A DNA stretch of 58,841 bases, filler included, from Sphacelaria rigidula (lineage: Eukaryota), in NCBI GenBank assembly GCA_964200075.2. It is 8 parts of 8 records of this genome, joined end to end, with 100 filler letters (N's around TTAATTAATTAA, not from the genome) between each part and the next. Parts side by side here need not be neighbours in the genome. Positions count along the whole stretch, not along the records: positions 7,370 to 14,637 come from CAXNAA020015696.1; positions 14,738 to 22,005 come from CAXNAA020015697.1; positions 22,106 to 29,373 come from CAXNAA020015698.1; 5 more parts are not named here. The stretch is one strand, 5' to 3'. The translations under genes and the position numbers were made by a program. Shown here piece by piece: positions 11,036 to 23,240 of the stretch. The first letter of the stretch is position 1. Every line of letters starts with the position of its first letter. The notes under the pieces are model-generated. The model did no database searches. It was not told the origin of the DNA and worked only from the letters and a program-made list of their open reading frames with translations.

Positions 11036-13189
11036 ACCGGCACATTTTTGTTTTCGAAGGTTAACAGTATTTTGTCCTGCCGTCATTGCTCATTACTGAG
11101 GGATGCCACGGCAGGGGTATACTTTTTAGCCCGAACGTTTTCTGAGGCTGCATACTAAGGCCAAGATATTCGTCATTGATAGGCTCCTACAACAAAGAGC
11201 CTCAGAAAAAAAAGCGCACCCGCACCATGGCATTGCTCTACTGTAGCGTCCCAAGACGTGGAACGACGAGTCGACTCCCACGTACTGTGTGCTCTCTGGA
11301 AAGGAATGGAGAATGAGAGAAAAAAGACTTGACGATCGCCTGGGAGTGCTTGAAAGTATCAGGCGAGTCAGAGGGCTCCCATTCGCCAGTTGCTTGTTGA
11401 ATTTGGTCGTATCCATTAACATGAATCTCATTACAGTTGTCCATTTTCGTTCATCTTCGTACTTTTCAAATTAGCCACCACTGATACACCTCGTCATGTC
11501 TACTTGTTAGGAGATCAACACAAGTAAGATGATTTTCATTCGGACGCGTGAAACATCGCGGGTCACCGTATCCTTCACTACTAAAAAACAAGGTATAGTA
11601 TATACCTTTTCCTGTCCACTACCCCAACGCACTAGCACGGTAAAACAGAACGCCCTTGTTATGTTCGCTTTTCTTCATCCCACCAGCGGTGCACGTTCAA
11701 CTTTTCATATTTGTTGTCGCGATACTCTAAAAATAAGCCCCCGCGCACTGAAAGCAGGGCCATGGTTCCCATCATGAGTACGTTCGTTAACAACCTCCGG
11801 ATTACGCAGACATTTTGGGTGTGTGTGGAAGATGACGTCGGTACGGATACGGAGTTGAGAGTTGGGATGTATGTACAATGAGTGCTGCCGCGAAGGCGTG
11901 TGGTTCCAGAATGTCAGACTCTGGCTAAGGCGTTTGTTTGGCCATACAAGGCACCCAGCAGAAATCTCAAACCAAAGCTGTCCGTTACAACGACTGCAAG
12001 GGCCGCTTTTGCTTTGCTACACACGGAACGATTTTGTTTTGCGGATCGAGGGAGCCCGATACCGCTCTTCTTTATTTTTACACGTTTGCCATCACCACTC
12101 GTCATTTGCGAGTAAACTACCTACCTACCCATAAATCATGCACGCTTTCTCACATACAGGATTGACGCGTGCGAAATTGTACACAACATTGTTTGTCTGT
12201 ACGTCGAGCGCAATTGACGGGGTGGCGGCATGGCGTGAAAATCGTTGACACTGGTAATACCTGAAGAACCGACCAGACAACATATGCCCACTCCTTGGTT
12301 CTGGTAGAATTTCACAGGAACTACTGAGCTATTCGGTAAGCGCTGACTGCTAAGGACGGCAGTTACTGCAACATCTTGACAAGCTTATCCTGGGGTCCGT
12401 CCAAGCTGTCAAGCCTGAAGATTCATCCGTCCAATTTCACCCTAGAGTTGTCATCCCTGTAACCGGCGCTGCTACTGTGTACTGTAGTGTTTTCTGTGAT
12501 GATTTTTGCCTAGCAAGTTCGCGCTGAACCTCAGTGTGTGCTCTCCTGTATTTCTTGCGCACAGAAATCGGGCCAGAAATAATGGTGAGGGCAAATCGAA
12601 CTCGGGGACTACATCTTGTCCATCACAATAAACCACTGAGCGCTTAGTTTGGGATAGCTCATTGGTTATTGAGACACATGGACAGGAGTAATATTATAGC
12701 TTCGTTGAGCTGTCGCCGAAACCACCGTGCTAAACAGTTAGAGCTGATTGTTTAGCACAGTGGTTATTGCATACATCTCGACAGGTTCCACATCGGTGCA
12801 TGCGATATCTGCCTCGACGGTGTGATCTTCCTTCACAGATGGCGCGAGGGTGTCGGTAACTTTCCTGTCGGCGCTTTGTCGTGACGAGCGTTTTACACTT
12901 GTCGTTGTCGTTGTTGTTGTTTTCACATTAAAAATCGTTCCGATATCTGCGCGGTACATTCGTACTGGGCATCTGATGCGGACGCCTTCCGTGGTCACAG
13001 GCTAGTAGAACACAAAATATACCTAGATTAAAATCTCACAATTTCCATAGCATATTTTTTACTTTACTCATCCATTGATAGTTTCACATTTACTGACTAT
13101 GTGTGGAGAGCATTTTTCCCCCCGCAAAGTATACGATGACCAAGATAGGTGCCGACCATACTTGAGTTTCGAAGGAATAGAGTAGAGTC

Positions 13190-14270
13190 CAAATATCGGT
13201 GACTCGGCGGTCGATACTCCAAGTACTTTCGAGTTTTGAGTACCGTGAGTGCCCGGAGTATCGTGCTATACCCCCAGTACCCTCGGCCCACTCCTGCTGT
13301 GAACATGTATAGATCGAGTTTGGCGTGTTTGTACCCCGACGTAAACATGGGAGGTTCGCGCAAATTCCAGGGTGTGTTGGGCAGGGCAAGTACGCGGGTA
13401 TTTACTATCCCGAGGTTTGTGTAGCGATGGTCTGATCTCCAAACTCTACCCAAAATATTTGGTAGAGTTAGGTACGACCGTAGTCACCCATCCAACGTCG
13501 GAGTGTTGTCAAGTACGATCTCAACACTATACCCAAGCTTTTGGTACTTGGAGTAAGATTTATTAAAATACTCAAATGTAGGGAATCCTCTATCCAACAC
13601 ATTCTTGAAAAGATTGTGCCGCACACGGTATCACCCCAACGTCCCACTTTGATGCGCATCTACATCTACGGTACGTTCACTTTCTAAAATATACCTTTTA
13701 TAGTTTAGATTAGTGTCCAGTATCTGAGGGTGGGCACTCCGGATAACCTCGAAAATACTCCAGGTGCTCAGGGATATCCAGTATTTTCGGCTGACAAAAT
13801 TCCCCGTACTATGAAATACCCCGGGAACACCGGCTTCTTTGTTTTCAATTTTGATCGACTCTTTTCTTATATTTGATTGTCGCACTTGAAGTCATTCCCC
13901 AGGGATGCACCCGTGGTCACATAACAAGCGTACCCGATATTCGGTATTTTCGGCACTCGAGTACTCCGAGGTATTTTGGAGTACTTGGTGCTTTACATGA
14001 AGTTGCTACTTCAGGCATTCCGGAACATACGAGTACAGGATCTTTATCGCCCGATACTCGAGGTACTCTGGAGAAGTGGGCATTGAACATACCGTAGGTC
14101 GCATGAGATATCATACCCGTGTGATATCATTTCGGCCACAAAAATCATCACACTGGTGTGATATTGTGTATGGTGTGTGATATCTTCTGTCACCGGTGCG
14201 ATAAAGAGCACCCACAGGACCACATGCACGGGTGTCATAATAATGGGTGTGATGATGACGCCCGTGTGGT
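13190..14270. repeat. GTAC-motif-rich repeat plus adjacent gtgtgatat/catcacac-motif repeat
   Basis: gagtactcc/aaatactcc motifs in 13190-14090 and repeated gtgtgatat motifs in 14105-14270. Confidence 0.55.
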
Positions 14271-14737
14271 GAAGGGCGCTATGAAGAAATCCCTAGAGGG
14301 TGATGATAATATTGGGGTGTGATCGACTAGACCAAGGGTGCACAAAAAAATATTTTTTGGACCCCTCCCACCCCCCAATCGGTCCCAAAATCATTTTTTT
14401 TCCGTCAAACTTGAAACTTATTTTTCAGGCTTTAGGGCGTCAGTTGCTCAGCAAGACGTTGTCGAAACCATGCGCACGAGCCATATACGGGTGCTGTTTG
14501 TGTGTTTCACGGATAACTTGGTTGAATGAGCAGTGCTGCAGCGTTGGCGGTGCGTTGGAGGTTAGTGTGGGTTGGTTGGTGTGTTTTATCTGCATATAAG
14601 TGGCAACAGGGTTGGACAGGCAAGGTTAAATAAAGCGNNNNNNNNNNNNNNNNNNNNNNNNNNNNNNNNNNNNNNNNNNNNTTAATTAATTAANNNNNNN
14701 NNNNNNNNNNNNNNNNNNNNNNNNNNNNNNNNNNNNN

Positions 14738-15198
14738 CTGCTTTTTCGGATTCGAATTGGGGAAATAATCCGGACAACGGCAAGTCAACCTCTTGCTACA
14801 TCATGATGTTGGCCAGGGCTCCAGTGAGTTTCAAGTCAGGAGCTCAAAGTCTCACGGCAATGTCAACGATGGAGGCTGAGCTGGTTGCGGCGGCTTTGGC
14901 GATAAAGGAGGCTGTATTTTGTTCAAATATGATGACGGAGTTAGGTTTTGGAAAGGAGTGTGGACAAGTGCCGCTACACATTGACAACACGGCGACACTT
15001 CACGTGATTGGGAATCGTGCTTACAGTTCTCGAACCAAGCATATCGCTTTGCGTTACTTTTATATCAGGGAGCTAGTCAAGGAGAACAAGATCATCACAC
15101 ACTACATCTCCACGGAACGTCAACTTGCGGACATCGGGACCAAGTACCTGAACAAACCTCGTCTTCAGCAACTTCTTCACATGATCCAGAATTTCTAA
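14738..15198 (+). mobile_element. Ty1/Copia pol C-terminus (RNase H) of upstream element
   Basis: SDSNWGNNPDNGKSTSCY, STMEAELVA, DNTATL, RTKHIALRYFYIRE, QLADIGTK are Copia RNase H motifs. Stop at 15198, then a 3' UTR and PPT gaaggggag at 15314-15322. Confidence 0.95.
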
Positions 15199-15322
15199 CT
15201 TCATCGACATGATCTTCTTGATATATTTTTGTCTGTCTTATATTTGAGTGCATAAGTCTTTCTTCAGAGTTGGAGTATTTATATTTCTTCACAATTTCAT
15301 CGCAACTTTCATTGAAGGGGAG

Positions 15323-15778
15323 TGTTATGGAAATGTTGGTGCATGTCCCAGTACTAGCCAATGTTCAGTAGCACTGCTCTTGTGTGTACCGTAGATCTTA
15401 TGTATCTGTTGAAATGTAACGTATATGCGGAGGAATACGGTGATGCGGAGGAACTGCTTCTGTTGCAGTGTTGTCTTTTTGGTAGGTTCTATCTCACTCT
15501 CTGTGGATCTTCCTGGAACTCTCCACGGCATCCTAGCTGTACTGCCGTCTCTCGAAAGCTACAGTAGTCTGGACTCCTACATACCCTGTGGTACATATCT
15601 GTTTCATCTGTGTGTTGGCCACCTAAGCGCCTTGTTTACAACATCGACCCATTGCCTTCTGCTCTGAAGTACTGCTGTACTTCTACTGCCAAGCGCTGCG
15701 ACTCCCTGAATCCGACTAACCTCGGAGGAGTCAGCCTCTGATCCCACGTGCAGGGATACATACAACACATTATTCACA
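15323..15778 (+). repeat. Copia LTR (456 bp), shared between two tandem elements
   Basis: Starts TGT immediately after the PPT and ends ACA, followed 3 nt later by a PBS. Its last ~47 nt recur at 19362-19408. Confidence 0.85.
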
Positions 15779-15781
15779 ATA

Positions 15782-15792
15782 GGTTATGAGCC
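15782..15792 (+). promoter_or_regulatory. Primer binding site complementary to the tRNAiMet anticodon arm (half-tRNA priming)
   Basis: GGTTATGAGCC is the reverse complement of GGCUCAUAACC of initiator tRNA-Met and lies directly after the LTR end. Confidence 0.8.
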
Positions 15793-16308
15793 TTTTGGCT
15801 AGCGCTTGAGCTCGAGCGGCTTCTGTGGTCGGGCTTCCGTTGCCCGCGCACACCAATCCTTGTTCCACGGGGGGAGCACTTTATATTGGAGTGAACTTCT
15901 GCTGTGGCGTGCGCGCTTGCCGGAGCAATTGGAGTACGTTTCTGCTGGAGGTCTGCATTGAGTCAACCCGTTTGCTATTGGGCCCGGATTGATCACCTGG
16001 GTTCTCGGCTGCACGTTCGGTATGATGCTGATCTGTGTAAGGCATTCGGGAGCATAGTTTCTAGGCGTTGATTTCGGTCGCGAATAGAGCTGTGCAACAC
16101 CTTTTCTATTTAATTGGTCGTTGGTCTCGCGTGTCAAGTGCGGTGTGGTGTCGCGCGTGCGTTGCTGACGTCAACAAATCCTGCGCGTATTTCCGCCAGG
16201 TGCAGTCTACCCTGCACGTCTTCCTCGTATTTCAAGCCGATTGGGTACGTATGTCGGCTGTGGATGTGATTGTTGAGTCGGTTGGTAGTATACGCTGCAG
16301 CCACAAGG

Positions 16309-16505
16309 CTACACCAGAACGACGTGTAGATTAAACCCTGCGCATTCTCCTGCGAGGTGTCCAAGAGGTTGTGCGTGCTGTTGTCGGAGCATGCGATCAC
16401 GCAACTGCGGATTATACGAGTCTACACCAGAACGACGTGTAGATTAAACCCTGCGCATTATCATGCGAGGTGTCCAAGAGGCTGTGCACGCTGTTGTCGG
16501 AGCGT
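16309..16505 (+). repeat. Tandem duplication (period 113 bp) in Copia 5' leader
   Basis: ctacaccagaacgacgtgtagattaaaccctgcgcatt...tgcgaggtgtccaagagg...ctgttgtcggagc occurs at 16309 and 16422. Confidence 0.85.
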
Positions 16506-16712
16506 GTTTTTTATAGCGGCTGAGGATTACACACGTCTACGCAGCAAGTCTGAGCCTGCATCCATTCCCTGTGCTTGCAGGCCGTGTGGACGGAGCTGGC
16601 TACTCCGCCACTTTCAACACCGCAGCTTCGCCACCTGCGGTATGTTGATCCTGTGCCTACGCGAAAACGAAGACGGTTTGGAACGCTGAGCTTGAGGCGA
16701 CCTTAGAGCAAA

Positions 16713-19493
16713 ATGGCAGAATCGTCTTCCTCCGCGTTGAACCGGACGTTAGACACCATCGGCAAGTGCAAAGGCCCAGGAAATTTTCGCGAGTGGGCAA
16801 CCAAACTTCGACAAGCGCTGGGGTTGTACGCGCCCGGTATGCTGCGGGTCCTGGACGGGGAACCTTGCCCGGCAGCGACTGACGAGATTGGGGTGGTTGC
16901 CTGGAAAAAGGCAAACAACAACGTATACTCCATCTTGTTTTTCATGACCGTCGGATCAGCAAATATCACCGTTCGTGCGCATGAGAGTACTGAGCGGGGA
17001 TGTTCCGGCCACGGTGCTGCAGCCTGGACCGCCCTGAAAGAACGCTTCGACAGCAACACCAAAGAAACCCGGCGTGCCTGCCGGGAAAAGCTGTTTTCGA
17101 CCTCAATGACTTCAGGAGGGGACCCTACAGACTTCATTGCGAAAATGGACGAGTTGCGCCTCCGTCTCGGGGAATTGGGGGAAATCATCCTCGACGACAC
17201 GTATGCGGACCTCCTCCTAAATTCCCTCCCTTCGGAGTTCAATTTTATCCGTCAGATGAACCACCGCGACCGCGTCTTCACGCTTGATCAGATCAAGCGC
17301 ACCGCAATCAACTTCTACATCGACGAGCTGTCGCGGAAGTCGTCGAAACCAACCGTTTCTGGGCGTGGCGCGGCTATGGTGGCCGCATCTCGCGGCGTAA
17401 AGTGTCACCGCTGTAAGCAGTTTGGCCATTATCAGCGAGACTGTCCTGGACCCACACTAAAGACCACGTCCAAACCGTCACCAAAGAAGGAAAAGAAACA
17501 GGGAGGGGGCGGCTCTTCGCCTAAGTGGTGTTCATACCACAAAACAAGTACACATAGCGATTCCGAATGTCATAAACTAAAGGACCTCAAGGAAATGAGT
17601 GTCCACCTTGCAAATATGGGATTCACGAGGCAAGCAAATTCTCCTAGAGTTGGGAGTCCACACAGCCCTCAACCACCACAACCCGAGCCACCTACGTTTG
17701 GGTTCTCCTTCAGCGCGATGGGTGCTTCTTTGGTTGAGGCGGCTGCGTCTTCGTCCCATCATGAGTCGGCTTCTGCGACACTATCTTCCAAGCCGTCAGC
17801 TTGTCTTACCCCTATTGCTCAACCTGGATCACCCTCTGGAGAACAGTGTCAGCAGCACCAACGCATGCCCGATGGGGTTTTTGGTGCGTTCATGGCGACC
17901 ACCGCTACCCCATCGGCCGCACGCTGCAGCTCTGGCGACTCCACCCTTACCATGCTCGTGGATAGCGGAGCGACTCACAACTTCGTCGACCCGTCACTGA
18001 CACCACGGCTACAAGACTTGCTGAGCGACTACCGAGTCCTGGACGTTCCTCACACCATAGTTGCTGCTGGACAGCACATTCTTCAAGGTGTTGCCATGGG
18101 TACCGTCCAAGGCACCGTCATCGATGACGGTGGACGCAAAAGGCCTGTCTCTTTTCACGCCGTGTTGGTGCCAGGTATGGGTGCAAATCTGTTTTCCGTT
18201 ACAGAGGCCATGTCAAAGGGAGTAGCCACCATTTTTCATCCAGACAAACCCAGGCTGGAGTATCATAACATCGTCCTCCCCATGAAATTGTTGGGGGCTG
18301 ACAAAACGACTGGAAAAATCCTGTGCTCCATTACTGTAGAGCTTGGAGGCGTCCCCGGTGGAATTGCTATGCGCGCTGAGTCTGCAGATGTGTGGCACCG
18401 ACGCATGGGACACCTCAACCGCAAAAGCATGGATGTCCTACGAAACGTGTCGGGCAATGGAATTGAGTACAACGGAGACATCCAGGCGTGTGATGTCTGT
18501 GCTGTTGGCAAAAGCCACCAACAAGCCCACCCCAAGCAGGCGACGTACGATGTGCAGCATGCCTTTCAGCTCGTTACCATCAATCTCATGGGACCTATCA
18601 ATCCCGACGCGCTGGGGGGTTATCGTTATGTCACTAACTTCGTCGATCAATTCACCAAATGGAAGGAAATTTTTCTCATCAAGACTACACCGCAAACTAT
18701 CGAAGCTCTGGAGCTGTTTAACAAGGCACTTGTGGTTCCTCATCGTACGCGTTTGGTCCGTCTTAGGGCGGATAAAGGTCCGGAATTCACGAGCTCTGCG
18801 TTTCGCCAGTACTGTCTAGACATAGACGTAAAGCTCGAGTTTGCTTCCCCCAACACGCCTCAAAAAATTGGATCTAACGAGCGGGCAGGCAGAACAATCG
18901 CTGGCATAGTGCGTTGTTTGCTTGCTGATTCCGGTCTACCGCACTTCCTGTGGGGAGAGTTGATGCATACCGCTGTCTACTTGAGCAACAGAGTTCCGCA
19001 CGCAGCTTTGTCCAATGAGATTCCGTACAAGGCTCTCTATGGCAAAGATGCGTATCTCGGACACCTTCGGACCATCGGCGCGAGGGCGTTTGTGCATGTA
19101 GAAACGCACACCAAGAAGCTCGAACACCGCGCCTGGGAAGGGCGTCTTGTCGGATACAGCGTTGACAGCAAGTCTATTCGGATATACGACTCTGTGACGA
19201 AACGTGTACGTGAGAGCAGGAACGTCATCTTCATCGAGACACCTTCCGCCTTGCCTGAGCCAGACTTAGTCAGCGATTTCGACAAGGGCGAATTCACGTA
19301 TGCTGAGCATGATGACATGATTCGCGATATCCGGAATTACACTTCTAATCCCGACCTCAGACAGCCTCTGATCCCACGTGCAGGGATACATACAACACAT
19401 TATACACAATACAGTGCATGTCATCGTACCTGCAAGACGTGGTTGCAGACTAGCTACCTGCAGCCGGGAGAGCCTGCACGCAGCGACGTGTAG
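16713..19493 (+). mobile_element. Ty1/Copia gag-protease-integrase ORF (926 aa), internally deleted for RT/RNase H
   Basis: Gag (AAWTALKERF, LLNSLPSEF), zinc knuckle CHRCKQFGHYQRDC, protease MLVDSGATHNF, HHCC (WHRRMGH..CDVC), integrase core (TINLMGP, RADKGPEF, NERAGRT), GRLVGY. The ORF then runs into an LTR remnant. Confidence 0.96.
19362..19408 (+). repeat. 3' LTR remnant
   Basis: cagcctctgatcccacgtgcagggatacatacaacacattatacaca matches 15732-15778 with one mismatch. Confidence 0.9.
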
Positions 19494-19699
19494 TAAGTCT
19501 GTCCAGCACTGATTAGTAGTGCCTGGGGGCAGACTGCCAGACAGCGAGAGACTGCTGGGCCAAAACGGAAGCCTACAGAAGTAAACTACTACTACTGCTG
19601 TAGCAACGAAATCTTGACAACACTACATTTGCGGGTCAAACTTTTAGTTTGGGCCGTTGAAACGTTCTTACGATTAGCCTGCGCGCCTGACGCGTAGCA

Positions 19700-19995
19700 C
19701 TCAAGCATCATGGACAAGTCGACCAACATGAACAACACACTCAAGACTACCCCTAAGTTCGGGGATGAGGGTTTTTCGTGAGTGGAGCGCGAAAGTGAGG
19801 ATAAGCAGCGATACCAGGCCATCATTGGTTCCGTCATGTACTTGGCTCAAATCACTCACTGCGACATCATGTACTGCGCCAGTCAACTTGCACGGGCGAT
19901 GTCGAACCTTTCGAAGATCCACGTGGGAGCAGCGAAGCATTATCTTCGCTACCTCTCCGGGTCTAGGGACTTCAGCATCATGTACAAGAAAGGAG
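19700..19995 (+). mobile_element. Degenerate Copia reverse transcriptase C-terminal fragment
   Basis: KQRYQAIIGSVMYLAQITHCDIMYCASQLARAMSN..HVGAAKHYLRYLSGS is the Copia RT YxxxxGSLxYL..RPDI..LRYL region. Confidence 0.88.
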
Positions 19996-21714
19996 TGATT
20001 GGACGTCGTACGAGCGGCCTGAAGACCCGCCATAACTGAGGTTGTGAAGAAGCCTCGAAGCAACAGGGAGCTGATGGATTTCGTGCTGCTGACATCTAGT
20101 GCAGACGCGTACTTGGTAACGTGTTTGCTGCTGGAGGTACCTCCAGTACTACAGCTGCCGATCTGAGATAAGATGCTCGGGCGTGAATTTCGAATTGTTT
20201 GAGAAGCCCAGAGAAAATGGTGGGAATGCGCGGTGTTTTGTTCATTCCCGAAGCTTGTCGAAGCAGGGGGAGGGGCACAGCATGCTATACTGTATGTGTG
20301 TTGAGTACGATTCGCGCTTCCCCTAGTTACGTGCTGCGCTTTTTGGGGGGAAGCGTACAGCATGCACTTGCCATCAGAACCGTCAAATACCATGAGAAAT
20401 TCATCGGAAAGAATCTTGTGAGTGAAATCCAGTTATTACTCCGATATGCAGCAGGACCTGTACGGTACCATTGTCTGTACTGTAGAGTGATTGACGGTTA
20501 TAGGTGTTTGTGCTTCCTGTTTTGGATAGTAGGTGTGAACCGCAGTGCTGTCCGAGACGCATTTGCCGTTTCCCGACCTTCCTGCTGTGGCTGATAGGTA
20601 TGCAGTAATCCATACAAGAAAACTGTTGGGTATAACGTTCTCTCATTAGGCTGAGTCGTGAGAACGAGACACCATGAATCTGAGCGTGATGTCAAATATA
20701 CCATACTTTGCGGAGAAGTAAGTCTGACATAGGACGCCATTTTCGGTGCCTATATTTTTAACTGCGGTGACTTTGCTTACTGTGCGTCCTCTATACCCGT
20801 GATAAAACGAGGGGGGATGAGCGGTGGGATGCATTTTTTCACGGCTAGACGCTGAGAGTACGAGTGAGTAGGGACCGTGGCTTTCAAACTCGGGATGTTG
20901 GCAATAGTACGGGAGGGCATCGAGATTTTCTCTTGGTCCTGCTTAATGCCGGATTGGGGAGGAAACGTTCCTGGGGACAACCACAACCGCGAAATTGATG
21001 ATGGTGGGTACTCCAAGCGAAGCTGCAGTATTCCAGAGGTAGTATTGTTTGCAGGATTTTGTTTCCCCGGTAGGGAAATTCATTCCCCGGATCAAAAGCT
21101 ATATTTTCGCTTCATATTCTGTAGTAACAGACCAGTTAGCTGCAGTTTAGGCAGCAAACTAGGGTGATAGATTTTCCGATGTCACCGTTAAAGCGACGAG
21201 ATGTTGTCGTGTTTGATCGTGACATTGGCGGTAGACTGACATGCAGATTCTGCTAATCTTATACAGCTTGTTGAGATCGTATGACGTACGCTACAAGGGT
21301 TCTTGAAAATGATGATTTCTGGATTGTTGAACCTACAAAATTCAGGGATCGCCCTGTTTTGACTTCGCGATTAAGGACTAATAGTCATCAATAGTCCAGT
21401 ACTCGCTACTACGTAGTTGCAGCAATAATCTTGCGTTCGTTTATATTCTGCGGTGTTCGGGACACCGATACAACGTATGGTCTAGGCTACAGTATGTCTT
21501 TGGATGAATGTGAAGTATTTATTGCTGGAAGCAGTGTCACGAAACTTCCATTAAGGGGAATGCTATGGATTAGCAAAGCTACATCATGCTATGTTCAGCT
21601 CTCATACCAAGCACATAGCACTCCGCTACTTCTTCGTGAGGGAGTTCATCAAGCGGAACAAGATCAGGTTCCATCACTAGCCCAGCAAGAAACAGCTCGC
21701 TGACTTGGCAAGTA

Positions 21715-21824
21715 CACGGGTGGCTACTGGGGTGCCTGTAACCTCAAATTTGGACGTTACAGACGTTGCACAACATCTGCAACGTCCAAATTTGAGGTTA
21801 CAGGCACCCCAGTGGCCACCCGTG
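21715..21824. mobile_element. 110-bp near-perfect palindromic MITE with TA flanks (Tc1/mariner-like) or hairpin RNA precursor
   Basis: 54-bp arms with 3 mismatches around a 2-nt centre, with TA on both sides. Confidence 0.75.
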
Positions 21825-22949
21825 TAGTATAATCTACTCGACCTACCCTTGTTCATCTTTCATCACAGCTAGGACTGATGTCCCAGGCATGTTGGCCTGA
21901 ATGTGGCAAACAAGAAAAGTAACCCGATACGGGGGGGGCGTATTCCGTGGCCCGTGGCGAAGGATAGATAGTTTTGTCTCTTGTATTATTGGAGAGTGCC
22001 TAGACNNNNNNNNNNNNNNNNNNNNNNNNNNNNNNNNNNNNNNNNNNNNTTAATTAATTAANNNNNNNNNNNNNNNNNNNNNNNNNNNNNNNNNNNNNNN
22101 NNNNNCCCCCCCTCACGGGGCAAAAGAACAAGACAAAAAAAAAAAAAATACCCCCCCCCCCCCCCCCCCCCTCCCGCCCTCCAGCCCTCCCTGGTCCGGC
22201 AAAAACTCGGCGTGCTCCGTCCCGGCTTTGTAGGGACGCGCGGTCAATCGTCTTTTGAATTCGGCATGCAACATTATGAGAAACACTCCGCCCCCCCCTG
22301 AGTCACGAGTTTTGTTCGACATATCCATCAGCATATGTCCATCAATGTCCTGAACGATGAAGTGCCCTCAGACAGCATTCGCCATTCAAAATGTTCACAC
22401 CATATGATGCCAGTCACTGTAAAAACCGGTGTTTCATTTTGCATGTATCCCGCGTCCTCGATAGTCTCCGCGGTATAGTTTAACCTCTTCCTCCTCCTTC
22501 CACCTCCTTACCCCCTGCCCAGCTTTGTGGAGATGCGAGGTCAATATATTTTTAACTGCGGCATGCAAGATCATACGCACGCACTCCCTCACTTCCTGCC
22601 TCCCCCCCCGCCTTCCCGTTTCGAGTGTTGTGTGTAGTTGCAGGCAAAAGTCCAGTCCCTAATTTTCAGTCAGGAGGGAATCTTTCAGGAGCATGCTGTT
22701 GTGAAAAGTTAGTTGAAGTCATTTGTGATGTTCAGGTGTGCGGCGCTACGACAAAGTGTCCATACATTTTCTAATTGTCGTGTCGTACTGCAATGATTTT
22801 TTGCGGAATCTTGCCCACAAAGAGGTTGCCCTCGTCAACTCACGCGTAACATTGGCTCACACACAAAACCATACCGTAGCATACGGGAGTCTCATACTCC
22901 ATCGACACGTTGCTGTTCTTCAGTGGATGTATAGGCTCTGAGGTCCCCC

Positions 22950-23152
22950 CACCACTCTCGGATATATCGTGGCCACAGACGGCGAAACAGGGCGGGGTCA
23001 AGATATGTCAAACGTTTTGTGTCATGTATGGAAGAAACGTAACGAGCGCCCGAATGTTTAAGGTGTCCCTATTGGCAGTAGGAACAGTGCTCCGTCTCGG
23101 AAGGCATGCGTGATCAATGGTCAAACGGCGAAGGCGACCAACAAATGAGTAC
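22950..23152 (+). repeat. Dispersed repeat family B copy (longest)
   Basis: gagcgcccgaatgttt...gcatgcgtgatcaatggtcaaacggcgaaggcgaccaacaaatgagtacg followed by a C-run. Confidence 0.75.
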
Positions 23153-23240
23153 GTCCCCCCCACTCCACCCGATCGTAGGCCGCTGCCACATGCGCGCTTA
23201 GGTGCAAGCCTTTCGAATGAGGTCCTGGGATGAACGTCAC

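Noticed and set aside
11126..13005. Further minus-strand exon candidates in contig 2
   Set aside because: No recognisable motifs; the segment at 12260-12460 has stops in all three frames and the phases could not be linked.
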